64,000 nucleotides of DNA from Eukaryota sp. TZLM1-RC (taxonomy: Eukaryota > Protista > Metamonada: BaSk clade): contig JAUPSS010000007.1 in NCBI GenBank assembly GCA_040285825.1, positions 3,118,317 to 3,182,316 on the forward strand, in the 5' to 3' direction. Below, piece by piece: positions 15,001-30,000 of this stretch; the first letter of the stretch is position 1; each line of letters starts with the position of its first letter. The notes under the pieces were generated by a model. It was not told the DNA's origin. It saw nothing but the letters and a program-made list of their open reading frames with translations, and did not search any database. Both the position numbers and the translations under genes were made by a program.

Positions 15001-18000
15001 AGTATACAATTGAATGTTGTAAACTAATAAAAACAATTGCTGTAAGTGTAAGAGTATCGTTTTTTTGATACGATTTACTGAGAGCTCATATGAAGTTCCT
15101 AGTTTCGTATATTGACCAATGGTTGTTTATTACAATCATTGGTCAAATCTTTAAAAGTCCATTTTGGGACAATTAATATAACAATTGTGGTGTTAAAGTC
15201 CGTGCTATGGTCATTTGAGTAGTCATTGGTATGATTGGTTGAATGGTCATTGGTATGATTAGATGAGTTGCATGTAGTCTTTATGTACTAGATGTGATCA
15301 ACTTGTGATCAAACTTTGTGTGAAATTGTGTGTTAGTAATGTTGGCTATGTGTTACTTGATCAGTACAAACTCATGATTACATTTTTCAAATGATTTTTG
15401 TATATATTTGAATTAATTGAGTGTATTAATTTTTTTAAACATTAAATTGTAAAAAAAGTAAAAAAATCAAAAAAAGTATACAATTGAATGTTGTAAACTA
15501 ATAAAAACAATTGCTGTAAGTGTAAGAGTATCGTTTTTGATACGATTTACTGAGAGCTCATATGAAGTTCCTAGTTTCGTATATTGACCAATGGTTGTTT
15601 ATTACAATCATTGGTCAAATCTTTCAAAAGTCCATTTTGGGACAATTAATATAACAATTGTGGTGTTAAAGTCCGTGCTATGGTCATTTGAGTAGTCATT
15701 GGTATGATTGGTTGAATGGTCATTGGTATGATTAGATGAGTTGCATGTAGTCTTTATGTACTAGATGTGATCAACTTGTGATCAAACTTTGTGTGAAATT
15801 GTGTGTTAGTAATGTTGGCTATGTGTTACTTGATCAGTACAAACTCATGATTACATTTTCAAATGATTTTGTATATATTTGAATTAATTGAGTGTATTAA
15901 TTTTTTTAAACATTAAATTGTAAAAAAAGTAAAAAAATCAAAAAAAGTATACAATTGAATGTTGTAAACTAATAAAAACAATTGCTGTAAGTGTAAGAGT
16001 ATCGTTTTTTTGATACGATTTACTGAGAGCTCATATGAAGTTCCTAGTTTCGTATATTGACCAATGGTTGTTTATTACAATCATTGGTCCATTTTAAAAG
16101 TCCATTTTGGGACAATTAATATAACAATTGTGGTGTTAAAGTCCGTGCTATGGTCATTTGAGTAGTCATTGGTATGATTGGTTGAATGGTCATTGGTATG
16201 ATTAGATGAGTTGCATGTAGTCTTTATGTACTAGATGTGATCAACTTGTGATCAAACTTTGTGTGAAATTGTGTGTTAGTAATGTTGGCTATGTGTTACT
16301 TGATCAGTACAAACTCATGATTACATTTTTCAAATGATTTTTGTATATATTTGAATTAATTGAGTGTATTAATTTTTTTAAACATTAAATTGTAAAAAAA
16401 GTAAAAAAATCAAAAAAAGTATACAATTGAATGTTGTAAACTAATAAAAACAATTGCTGTAAGTGTAAGAGTATCGTTTTTGATACGATTTACTGAGAGC
16501 TCATATGAAGTTCCTAGTTTCGTATATTGACCAATGGTTGTTTATTACAATCATTGGTCAAATCTAAATCCATTTTGGGACAATTAATATAACAATTGTG
16601 GTGTTAAAGTCCGTGCTATGGTCATTTGAGTAGTCATTGGTATGATTGGTTGAATGGTCATTGGTATGATTAGATGAGTTGCATGTAGTCTTTATGTACT
16701 AGATGTGATCAACTTGTGATCAAACTTTGTGTGAAATTGTGTGTTAGTAATGTTGGCTATGTGTTGCTTGATCAGTACAAACTCATGATTACATTTTCAA
16801 ATGATTTTTGTATATATTTGAATTAATTGAGTGTATTAATTTTTTTAAACATTAAATTGTAAAAAAAGTAAAAAAATCAAAAAAAGTATACAATTGAATG
16901 TTGTAAACTAATAAAACAATTGCTGTAAGTGTAAGAGTATCGTTTTTTTGATACGATTTACTGAGAGCTCATATGAAGTTCCTAGTTTCGTATATTGACC
17001 AATGGTTGTTTATTACAATCATTGGTCAAATCTTCAAAAGTCCATTTTGGGACAATTAATATAACAATTGTGGTGTTAAAGTCCGTGCTATGGTCATTTG
17101 AGTAGTCATTGGTATGATTGGTTGAATGGTCATTGGTATGATTAGATGAGTTGCATGTAGTCTTTATGTACTAGATGTGATCAACTTGTGATCAAACTTT
17201 GTGTGAAATTGTGTGTTAGTAATGTTGGCTATGTGTTACTTGATCAGTACAAACTCATGATTACATTTTTCAAATGATTTTTGTATATATTTGAATTAAT
17301 TGAGTGTATTAATTTTTTTAAACATTAAATTGTAAAAAAAGTAAAAAAATCAAAAAGTATACAATTGAATGTTGTAAACTAATAAAACAATTGCTGTAAG
17401 TGTAAGAGTATCGTTTTTTTGATACGATTTACTGAGAGCTCATATGAAGTTCCTAGTTTCGTATATTGACCAATGGTTGTTTATTACAATCATTGGTCAA
17501 ATCTTTAAAGTCCATTTTGGGACAATTAATATAACAATTGTGGTGTTAAAGTCCGTGCTATGGTCATTTGAGTAGTCATTGGTATGATTGGTTGAATGGT
17601 CATTGGTATGATTAGATGAGTTGCATGTAGTCTTTATGTACTAGATGTGATCAACTTGTGATCAAACTTTGTGTGAAATTGTGTGTTAGTAATGTTGGCT
17701 ATGTGTTACTTGATCAGTACAAACTCATGATTACATTTTCAAATGATTTTTGTATATATTTGAATTAATTGAGTGTATTAATTTTTTTAAACATTAAATT
17801 GTAAAAAAAGTAAAAAAATCAAAAAAAGTATACAATTGAATGTTGTAAACTAATAAAACAATTGCTGTAAGTGTAAGAGTATCGTTTTTGATACGATTTA
17901 CTGAGAGCTCATATGAAGTTCCTAGTTTCGTATATTGACCAATGGTTGTTTATTACAATCATTGGTCAAATCTTTAAATCCATTTTGGGACAATTAATAT

Positions 18001-21000
18001 AACAATTGTGGTGTTAAAGTCCGTGCTATGGTCATTTGAGTAGTCATTGGTATGATTGGTTGAATGGTCATTGGTATGATTAGATGAGTTGCATGTAGTC
18101 TTTATGTACTAGATGTGATCAACTTGTGATCAAACTTTGTGTGAAATTGTGTGTTAGTAATGTTGGCTATGTGTTACTTGATCAGTACAAACTCATGATT
18201 ACATTTTTCAAATGATTTTTGTATATATTTGAATTAATTGAGTGTATTAATTTTTTTAAACATTAAATTGTAAAAAAAGTAAAAAAATCAAAAAGTATAC
18301 AATTGAATGTTGTAAACTAATAAAAACAATTGCTGTAAGTGTAAGAGTATCGTTTTTTTGATACGATTTACTGAGAGCTCATATGAAGTTCCTAGTTTCG
18401 TATATTGACCAATGGTTGTTTATTACAATCATTGGTCAAATCTTACAAAATCCATTTTGGGACAATTAATATAACAATTGTGGTGTTAAAGTCCGTGCTA
18501 TGGTCATTTGAGTAGTCATTGGTATGATTGGTTGAATGGTCATTGGTATGATTAGATGAGTTGCATGTAGTCTTTATGTACTAGATGTGATCAACTTGTG
18601 ATCAAACTTTGTGTGAAATTGTGTGTTAGTAATGTTGGCTATGTGTTACTTGATCAGTACAAACTCATGATTACATTTTCAAATGATTTTTGTATATATT
18701 TGAATTAATTGAGTGTATTAATTTTTTTAAACATTAAATTGTAAAAAAATAAAATCAAAAAGTATACAATTGAATGTTGTAAACTAATAAAACAATTGCT
18801 GTAAGTGTAAGAGTATCGTTTTTTTGATACGATTTACTGAGAGCTCATATGAAGTTCCTAGTTTCGTATATTGACCAATGGTTGTTTATTACAATCATTG
18901 GTCAAATCTTTCAAAAGTCCATTTTGGGACAATTAATATAACAATTGTGGTGTTAAAGTCCGTGCTATGGTCATTTGAGTAGTCATTGGTATGATTGGTT
19001 GAATGGTCATTGGTATGATTAGATGAGTTGCATGTAGTCCTTATGTACTAGATGTGATCAACTTGTGATCAAACTTTGTGTGAAATTGTGTGTTAGTAAT
19101 GTTGGCTATGTGTTACTTGATCAGTACAAACTCATGATTACATTTTCAGTGATTTGTATATATTTGAATTAATTGAGTGTATTAATTTTTTTAAACATTA
19201 AATTGTAAAAAAAGTAAAAAAATCAAAAAAAGTATACAATTGAATGTTGTAAACTAATAAAAACAATTGCTGTAAGTGTAAGAGTATCGTTTTTTTGATA
19301 CGATTTACTGAAACTCATATAAGTTCCTAAGTTTCGTATATTGACCAATGGTTGTTTTATTACAATCATTGGTCAAATCTTTAAAGTCCATTTTGGGACA
19401 ATTAATATAACAATTGTGGTGTTAAAGTCCGTGCTATGGTCATTTGAGTAGTCATTGGTATGATTGGTTGAATGGTCATTGGTATGATTTAGATGAGTTG
19501 CATGTAGTCTTTATGTACTAGATGTGATCAACTTGTGATCAAACTTTGTGTGAAATTGTGTGTTAGTAATGTTGGCTATGTGTTACTTGATCAGTACAAA
19601 CTCATGATTACATTTTTCAAATGATTTTTGTATATATTTGAATTAATTGAGTGTATTAATTTTTTTAAACATTAAATTGTAAAAAAAGTAAAAAAATCAA
19701 AAAAAGTATACAATTGAATGTTGTAAACTAATAAAAACAATTGCTGTAAGTGTAAGAGTATCGTTTTTTTGATACGATTTACTGAGAGCTCATATGAAGT
19801 TCCTAGTTTCGTATATTGACCAATGGTTGTTTATTACAATCATTGGTCAAATCTTTAAAAGTCCATTTTGGGACAATTAATATAACAATTGTGGTGTTAA
19901 AGTCCGTGCTATGGTCATTTGAGTAGTCATTGGTATGATTGGTTGAATGGTCATTGGTATGATTAGATGAGTTGCATGTAGTCCTTATGTACTAGATGTG
20001 ATCAACTTGTGATCAAACTTTGTGTGAAATTGTGTGTTAGTAATGTTGGCTATGTGTTACTTGATCAGTACAAACTCATGATTACATTTTCAAATGATTT
20101 TGTATATATTTGAATTAATTGAGTGTATTAATTTTTTTAAACATTAAATTGTAAAAAAAGTAAAAAAATCAAAAAAAGTATACAATTGAATGTTGTAAAC
20201 TAATAAAACAATTGCTGTAAGTGTAAGAGTATCGTTTTTTTGATACGATTTACTGAGAGCTCATATGAAGTTCCTAGTTTCGTATATTGACCAATGGTTG
20301 TTTATTACAATCATTGGTCAAATCTTTCAAAAGTCCATTTTGGGACAATTAATATAACAATTGTGGTGTTAAAGTCCGTGCTATGGTCATTTGAGTAGTC
20401 ATTGGTATGATTGGTTGAATGGTCATTGGTATGATTAGATGAGTTGCATGTAGTCTTTATGTACTAGATGTGATCAACTTGTGATCAAACTTTGTGTGAA
20501 ATTGTGTGTGAGTAATGTTGGCTATGTGTTACTTGATCAGTACAAACTCATGATTACATTTTCAAATGATTTTGTATATATTTGAATTAATTGAGTGTAT
20601 TAATTTTAAACATTAAATTGTAAAAAAAGTAAAAAAATCAAAAAAAGTATACAATTGAATGTTGTAAACTAATAAAAACAATTGCTGTAAGTGTAAGAGT
20701 ATCGTTTTTTTGATACGATTTACTGAGAGCTCATATGAAGTTCCTAGTTTCGTATATTGACCAATGGTTGTTTATTACAATCATTGGTCAAATCTTTAAA
20801 TCCATTTTGGGACAATTAATATAACAATTGTGGTGTTAAAGTCCGTGCTATGGTCATTTGAGTAGTCATTGGTATGATTGGTTGAATGGTCATTGGTATG
20901 ATAAGGTGAGTTGCATGTAGTCCTTATGTGCTAGATGTGATCAACTTGTGATCAAACTTTGTGTGAAATTGTGTGTTAGTAATGTTGGCTATGTGTTACT

Positions 21001-24000
21001 TGATCAGTACAAACTCATGATTACATTTTTCAAATGATTTTGTATATATTTGAATTAATTGAGTGTATTAATTTTTTTAAACATTAAATTGTAAAAAAAG
21101 TAAAAAAATCAAAAAAAGTATACAATTGAATGTTGTAAACTAATAAAAACAATTGCTGTAAGTGTAAGAGTATCGTTTTTGATACGATTTACTGAGAGCT
21201 CATATGAAGTTCCTAGTTTCGTATATTGACCAATGGTTGTTTATTACAATCATTGGTCAAATCTTTAAAAGTCCATTTTGGGACAATTAATATAACAATT
21301 GTGGTGTTAAAGTCCGTGCTATGGTCATTTGAGTAGTCATTGGTTTGATTGGTTGAATGGTCATTGGTATGATTAGATGAGTTGCATGTAGTCCTTATGT
21401 GCTAGATGTGATCAACTTGTGATCAAACTTTGTGTGAAATTGTGTGTTAGTAATGTTGGCTATGTGTTACTTGATCAGTACAAACTCATGATTACATTTT
21501 CAAATGATTTTGTATATATTTGAATTAATTGAGTGTATTAATTTTTTTAAACATTAAATTGTAAAAAAAGTAAAAAAATCAAAAAAAGTATACAATTGAA
21601 TGTTGTAAACTAATAAAAACAATTGCTGTAAGTGTAAGAGTATCGTTTTTTTGATACGATTTACTGAGAGCTCATATGAAGTTCCTAGTTTCGTATATTG
21701 ACCAATGGTTGTTTATTACAATCATTGGTCAAATCTTTAAAAGTCCATTTTGGGACAATTAATATAACAATTGTGGTGTTAAAGTCCGTGCTATGGTCAT
21801 TTGAGTAGTCATTGGTATGATTGGTTGAATGGTCATTGGTATGATTAGATGAGTTGCATGTAGTCTTTATGTACTAGATGTGATCAACTTGTGATCAAAC
21901 TTTGTGTGAAATTGTGTGTTAGTAATGTTGGCTATGTGTTACTTGATCAGTACAAACTCATGATTACATTTTCAAATGATTTTTGTATATATTTGAATTA
22001 ATTGAGTGTATTAATTTTTTTAAACATTAAATTGTAAAAAAAGTAAAAAAATCAAAAAAAGTATACAATTGAATGTTGTAAACTAATAAAACAATTGCTG
22101 TAAGTGTAAGAGTATCGTTTTTTTGATACGATTTACTGAGAGCTCATATGAAGTTCCTAGTTTCGTATATTGACCAATGGTTGTTTATTACAATCATTGG
22201 TCAAATCTTACAAATCCATTTTGGGACAATTAATATAACAATTGTGGTGTTAAAGTCCGTGCTATGGTCATTTGAGTAGTCATTGGTATGATTGGTTGAA
22301 TGGTCATTGGTATGATTAGATGAGTTGCATGTAGTCTTTATGTACTAGATGTGATCAACTTGTGATCAAACTTTGTGTGAAATTGTGTGTGAGTAATGTT
22401 GGCTATGTGTTACTTGATCAGTACAAACTCATGATTACATTTTTCAAATGATTTTGTATATATTTGAATTAATTGAGTGTATTAATTTTTTTAAACATTA
22501 AATTGTAAAAAAAGTAAAAAAATCAAAAAGTATACAATTGAATGTTGTAAACTAATAAAACAATTGCTGTAAGTGTAAGAGTATCGTTTTTGATACGATT
22601 TACTGAGAGCTCATATGAAGTTCCTAGTTTCGTATATTGACCAATGGTTGTTTATTACAATCATTGGTCAAATCTTTCAAAAGTCCATTTTGGGACAATT
22701 AATATAACAATTGTGGTGTTAAAGTCCGTGCTATGGTCATTTGAGTAGTCATTGGTTTGATTGGTTGAATGGTCATTGGTATGATTAGATGAGTTGCATG
22801 TAGTCCTTATGTACTAGATGTGATCAACTTGTGATCAAACTTTGTGTGAAATTGTGTGTGAGGTAATGTTGGCTATGTGTTGCTTGATCAGTACAAACTC
22901 ATGATTACATTTTTCAAATGATTTTGTATATATTTGAATTAATTGAGTGTATTAATTTTTTTAAACATTAAATTGTAAAAAAAGTAAAAAAATCAAAAGT
23001 ATACAGATTGAATGTTGTAAACTAATAAAACAATTGCTGTAAGTGTAAGAGTATCGTTTTTTTGATACGATTTACTGAGAGCTCATATGAAGTTCCTAGT
23101 TTCGTATATTGACCAATGGTTGTTTATTACAATCATTGGTCAAATCTTAAAATCCATTTTGGGACAATTAATATAACAATTGTGGTGTTAAAGTCCGTGC
23201 TATGGTCATTTGAGTAGTCATTGGTATGATTGGTTGAATGGTCATTGGTATGATTAGATGAGTTGCATGTAGTCTTTATGTACTAGATGTGATCAACTTG
23301 TGATCAAACTTTGTGTGAAATTGTGTGTTAGTAATGTTGGCTATGTGTTACTTGATCAGTACAAACTCATGATTACATTTTCAAATGATTTTTGTATATA
23401 TTTGAATTAATTGAGTGTATTAATTTTTTTAAACATTAAATTGTAAAAAAAGTAAAAAAATCAAAAAAAGTATACAATTGAATGTTGTAAACTAATAAAA
23501 CAATTGCTGTAAGTGTAAGAGTATCGTTTTTTTGATACGATTTACTGAGAGCTCATATGAAGTTCCTAGTTTCGTATATTGACCAATGGTTGTTTATTAC
23601 AATCATTGGTCAAATCTTTAAAAGTCCATTTTGGGACAATTAATATAACAATTGTGGTGTTAAAGTCCGTGCTATGGTCATTTGAGTAGTCATTGGTTTG
23701 ATTGGTTGAATGGTCATTGGTGTGATTTAGATTGAGTTGCATGTAGTCTTTATGTACTAGATGTGATCAACTTGTGATCAAACTTTGTGTGAAATTGTGT
23801 GTGAGTAATGTTGGCTATGTGTTACTTGATCAGTACAAACTCATGATTACATTTTCAAATGATTTTTGTATATATTTGAATTAATTGAGTGTATTAATTT
23901 TTTTAAACATTAAATTGTAAAAAAAGTAAAAAAATCAAAAAAAGTATACAATTGAATGTTGTAAACTAATAAAAACAATTGCTGTAAGTGTAAGAGTATC

Positions 24001-27000
24001 GTTTTTGATACGATTTACTGAGGCTCATATGAAGTTCCTAGTTTCGTATATTGACCAATGGTTGTTTATTACAATCATTGGTCAAATCTTTAAAGTCCAT
24101 TTTGGGACAATTAATATAACAATTGTGGTGTTAAAGTCCGTGCTATGGTCATTTGAGTAGTCATTGGTATGATTGGTTGAATGGTCATTGGTATGATTAG
24201 ATGAGTTGCATGTAGTCCTTATGTACTAGATGTGATCAACTTGTGATCAAACTTTGTGTGAAATTGTGTGTGAGTAATGTTGGCTATGTGTTACTTGATC
24301 AGTACAAACTCATGATTACATTTTCAAATGATTTTGTATATATTTGAATTAATTGAGTGTATTAATTTTTTTAAACATTAAATTGTAAAAAAAGTAAAAA
24401 AATCAAAAAAGTATACAATTGAATGTTGTAAACTAATAAAAACAATTGCTGTAAGTGTAAGAGTATCGTTTTTTTGATACGATTTACTGAGGCTCATATG
24501 AAGTTCCTAGTTTCGTATATTGACCAATGGTTGTTTATTACAATCATTGGTCAAATCTTTAAAGTCCATTTTGGGACAATTAATATAACAATTGTGGTGT
24601 TAAAGTCCGTGCTATGGTCATTTGAGTAGTCATTGGTATGATTGGTTGAATGGTCATTGGTATGATTAGGTGAGTTGCATGTAGTCTTTATGTACTAGAT
24701 GTGATCAACTTGTGATCAAACTTTGTGTGAAATTGTGTGTGAGTAATGTTGGCTATGTGTTACTTGATCAGTACAAACTCATGATTACATTTTCAAATGA
24801 TTTTGTATATATTTGAATTAATTGAGTGTATTAATTTTTTTAAACATTAAATTGTAAAAAAATAAAAAATGAAAAAGTATACAATTGAATGTTGTAAACT
24901 AATAAAACAATTGCTGTAAGTGTAAGAGTATCGTTTTTGATACGATTTACTGAGGCTCATATGAAGTTCCTAGTTTCGTATATTGACCAATGGTTGTTTA
25001 TTACAATCATTGGTCAAATCTTTAAAGTCCATTTTGGGACAATTAATATAACAATTGTGGTGTTAAAGTCTGTGCTATGGTCATTTGAGTAGTCATTGGT
25101 ATGATTGGTTGAATGGTCATTGGTATGATTAGGTGAGTTGTATGTAGTCCTTATGTACTAGATGTGATCAACTTGTGATCAAACTTTGTGTGAAATTGTG
25201 TGTGAGTAATGTTGGCTATGTGTTACTTGATCAGTACAAACTCATGATTACATTTTCAATTGATTTTGTATATATTTGAATTAATTGAGTTTATTAATTT
25301 TTTTAAACATTAAATTGTAAAAAAAATAAAAAAATGAAAAAGTATACAATTGAATGTTGTAAACTAATAAAACAATTGCTGTAAGTGTAAGAGTATCGTT
25401 TTTTTGATACGATTTACTGAGGCTCATATGAAGTTCCTAGTTTCGTATATTGACCAATGGTTGTTTATTACAATCATTGGTCAAATCTTTAAAAGTCCAT
25501 TTTGGGACAATTAATATAACAATTGTGGTGTTAAAGTCTGTGCTATGGTCATTTGAGTAGTCATTGGTATGATTGGTTGAATGGTCATTGGTATGATTAG
25601 GTGAGTTGCATGTAGTCCTTATGTACTAGATGTGACCAACTTGTGATCAAACTTTGTGTGAAATTGTGTGTGAGTAATGTTGGCTATGTGTTACTTGATC
25701 AGTACAAACTCATGATTACATTTTCAATTGATTTTGTATATATTTGAATTAATTGAGTTTATTAATTTTTTTAAACATTAAATTGTAAAAAAATAAAAAA
25801 TGAAAAAGTATACAATTGAATGTTGTAAACTAATAAAAACAATTGCTGTAAGTGTAAGAGTATCGTTTTTTTGATACGATTTACTGAGGCTCATATGAAG
25901 TTCCTAGTTTCGTATATTGACCAATGGTTGTTTATTACAATCATTGGTCAAATCTTTAAAAGTCCATTTTGGGACAATTAATATAACAATTGTGGTGTTA
26001 AAGTCTGTGCTATGGTCATTTGAGTAGTCATTGGTATGATTGGTTGAATGGTCATTGGTATGATTAGGTGAGTTGCATGTAGTCCTTATGTACTAGATGT
26101 GACCAACTTGTGATCAAACTTTGTGTGAAATTGTGTGTGAGTAATGTTGGCTATGTGTTACTTGATCAGTACAAACTCATGATTACATTTTCAATTGATT
26201 TTGTATATATTTGAATTAATTGAGTTTATTAATTTTTAAACATTAAATTGTAAAAAAAATAAAAAAATGAAAAAAAGTATACAATTGAATGTTGTAAACT
26301 AATAAAAACAATTGCTGTAAGTGTAAGAGTATCGTTTTTGATACGATTTACTGAGGCTCATATGAAGTTCCTAGTTTCGTATATTGACCAATGGTTGTTT
26401 ATTACAATCATTGGTCAAATCTTTAAAGTCCATTTTGGGACAATTAATATAACAATTGTGGTGTTAAAGTCTGTGCTATGGTCATTTGAGTAGTCATTGG
26501 TATGATTGGTTGAATGGTCATTGGTATGATTAGGTGAGTTGTATGTAGTCCTTATGTACTAGATGTGACCAACTTGTGATCAAACTTTGTGTGAAATTGT
26601 GTGTGAGTAATGTTGGCTATGTGTTACTTGATCAGTACAAACTCATGATTACATTTTCAATTGATTTTGTATATATTTGAATTAATTGAGTTTATTAATT
26701 TTTAAACATTAAATTGTAAAAAAATAAAAAAATGAAAAAAAGTATACAATTGAATGTTGTAAACTAATAAAAACAATTGCTGTAAGTGTAAGAGTATCGT
26801 TTTTGATACGATTTACTGAGGCTCATATGAAGTTCCTAGTTTTCGTATATTGACCAATGGTTGTTTATTACAATCATTGGTCAAATCTTTAAAGTCCATT
26901 TTGGGACAATTAATATAACAATTGTGGTGTTAAAGTCTGTGCTATGGTCATTTGAGTAGTCATTGGTATGATTGGTTGAATGGTCATTGGTATGATTAGG

Positions 27001-30000
27001 TGAGTTGCATGTAGTCCTTTATGTACTAGATGTGACCAACTTGTGATCAAACTTTGTGTGAAATTGTGTGTGAGTAATGTTGGCTATGTGTTACTTGATC
27101 AGTACAAACTCATGATTACATTTTCAATTGATTTTGTATATATTTGAATTAATTGAGTTTATTAATTTTTAAACATTAAATTGTAAAAAAAATAAAAAAA
27201 TGAAAAAGTATACAATTGAATGTTGTAAACTAATAAAACAATTGCTGTAAGTGTAAGAGTATCGTTTTTGATACGATTTACTGAGGCTCATATGAAGTTC
27301 CTAGTTTCGTATATTGACCAATGGTTGTTTATTACAATCATTGGTCAAATCTTTAAAGTCCATTTTGGGACAATTAATATAACAATTGTGGTGTTAAAGT
27401 CTGTGCTATGGTCATTTGAGTAGTCATTGGTATGATTGGTTGAATGGTCATTGGTATGATTAGGTGAGTTGTATGTAGTCCTTATGTACTAGATGTGACC
27501 AACTTGTGATCAAACTTTGTGTGAAATTGTGTGTGAGTAATGTTGGCTATGTGTTACTTGATCAGTACAAACTCATGATTACATTTTCAATTGATTTTGT
27601 ATATATTTGAATTAATTGAGTTTATTAATTTTTAAACATTAAATTGTAAAAAAAATAAAAAAATGAAAAAAAGTATACAATTGAATGTTGTAAACTAATA
27701 AAACAATTGCTGTAAGTGTAAGAGTATCGTTTTTGATACGATTTACTGAGGCTCATATGAAGTTCCTAGTTTCGTATATTGACCAATGGTTGTTTATTAC
27801 AATCATTGGTCAAATCTTTAAAGTCCATTTTGGGACAATTAATATAACAATTGTGGTGTTAAAGTCTGTGCTATGGTCATTTGAGTAGTCATTGGTATGA
27901 TTGGTTGAATGGTCATTGGTATGATTAGGTGAGTTGTATGTAGTCCTTATGTACTAGATGTGACCAACTTGTGATCAAACTTTGTGTGAAATTGTGTGTG
28001 AGTAATGTTGGCTATGTGTTACTTGATCAGTACAAACTCATGATTACATTTTCAATTGATTTTGTATATATTTGAATTAATTGAGTTTATTAATTTTTAA
28101 ACATTAAATTGTAAAAAAAATAAAAAAATGAAAAAAAGTATACAATTGAATGTTGTAAACTAATAAAACAATTGCTGTAAGTGTAAGAGTATCGTTTTTG
28201 ATACGATTTACTGAGGCTCATATGAAGTTCCTAGTTTCGTATATTGACCAATGGTTGTTTATTACAATCATTGGTCAAATCTTTAAAGTCCATTTTGGGA
28301 CAATTAATATAACAATTGTGGTGTTAAAGTCTGTGCTATGGTCATTTGAGTAGTCATTGGTATGATTGGTTGAATGGTCATTGGTATGATTAGGTGAGTT
28401 GTATGTAGTCCTTTATGTACTAGATGTGACCAACTTGTGATCAAACTTTGTGTGAAATTGTGTGTGAGTAATGTTGGCTATGTGTTACTTGATCAGTACA
28501 AACTCATGATTACATTTTCAATTGATTTTGTATATATTTGAATTAATTGAGTGTATTAATTTTTAAACATTAAATTGTAAAAAAAATAAAAAATGAAAAA
28601 GTATACAATTGAATGTTGTAAACTAATAAAACAATTGCTGTAAGTGTAAGAGTATCGTTTTGATACGATTTACTGAGGCTCATATGAAGTTCCTAGTTTC
28701 GTATATTGACCAATGGTTGTTTATTACAATCATTGGTCAAATCTTTAAAGTCCATTTTGGGACAATTAATATAACAATTGTGGTGTTAAAGTCCGTGCTA
28801 TGGTCATTTGAGTAGTCATTGGTATGATTGGTTGAATGGTCATTGGTATGATTAGGTGAGTTGCATGTAGTCCTTTATGTACTAGATGTGACCAACTTGT
28901 GATCAAACTTTGTGTGAAATTGTGTGTGAGTAATGTTGGCTATGTGTTACTTGATCAGTACAAACTCATGATTACATTTTCAATTGATTTTGTATATATT
29001 TGAATTAATTGAGTTTATTAATTTTTAAACATTAAATTGTAAAAAAATAAAAAAATGAAAAAAAGTATACAATTGAATGTTGTAAACTAATAAAACAATT
29101 GCTGTAAGTGTAAGAGTATCGTTTTTGATACGATTTACTGAGGCTCATATGAAGTTCCTAGTTTCGTATATTGACCAATGGTTGTTTATTACAATCATTG
29201 GTCAAATCTTTAAAGTCCATTTTGGGACAATTAATATAACAATTGTGGTGTTAAAGTCTGTGCTATGGTCATTTGAGTAGTCATTGGTATGATTGGTTGA
29301 ATGGTCATTGGTATGATTAGGTGAGTTGTATGTAGTCCTTATGTACTAGATGTGACCAACTTGTGATCAAACTTTGTGTGAAATTGTGTGTGAGTAATGT
29401 TGGCTATGTGTTACTTGATCAGTACAAACTCATGATTACATTTTCAATTGATTTTGTATATATTTGAATTAATTGAGTTTATTAATTTTTAAACATTAAA
29501 TTGTAAAAAAAATAAAAAAATCGAAAAAGTATACAATTGAATGTTGTAAACTAATAAAACAATTGCTGTAAGTGTAAGAGTATCGTTTTTGATACGATTT
29601 ACTGAGGCTCATATGAAGTTCCTAGTTTCGTATATTGACCAATGGTTGTTTATTACAATCATTGGTCAAATCTTTAAAGTCCATTTTGGGACAATTAATA
29701 TAACAATTGTGGTGTTAAAGTCTGTGCTATGGTCATTTGAGTAGTCATTGGTATGATTGGTTGAATGGTCATTGGTATGATTAGGTGAGTTGTATGTAGT
29801 CCTTATGTACTAGATGTGATCAACTTGTGATCAAACTTTGTGTGAAATTGTGTGTGAGTAATGTTGGCTATGTGTTACTTGATCAGTACAAACTCATGAT
29901 TACATTTTCAATTGATTTTGTATATATTTGAATTAATTGAGTTTATTAATTTTTAAACATTAAATTGTAAAAAAATAAAAAATGAAAAAGTATACAATTG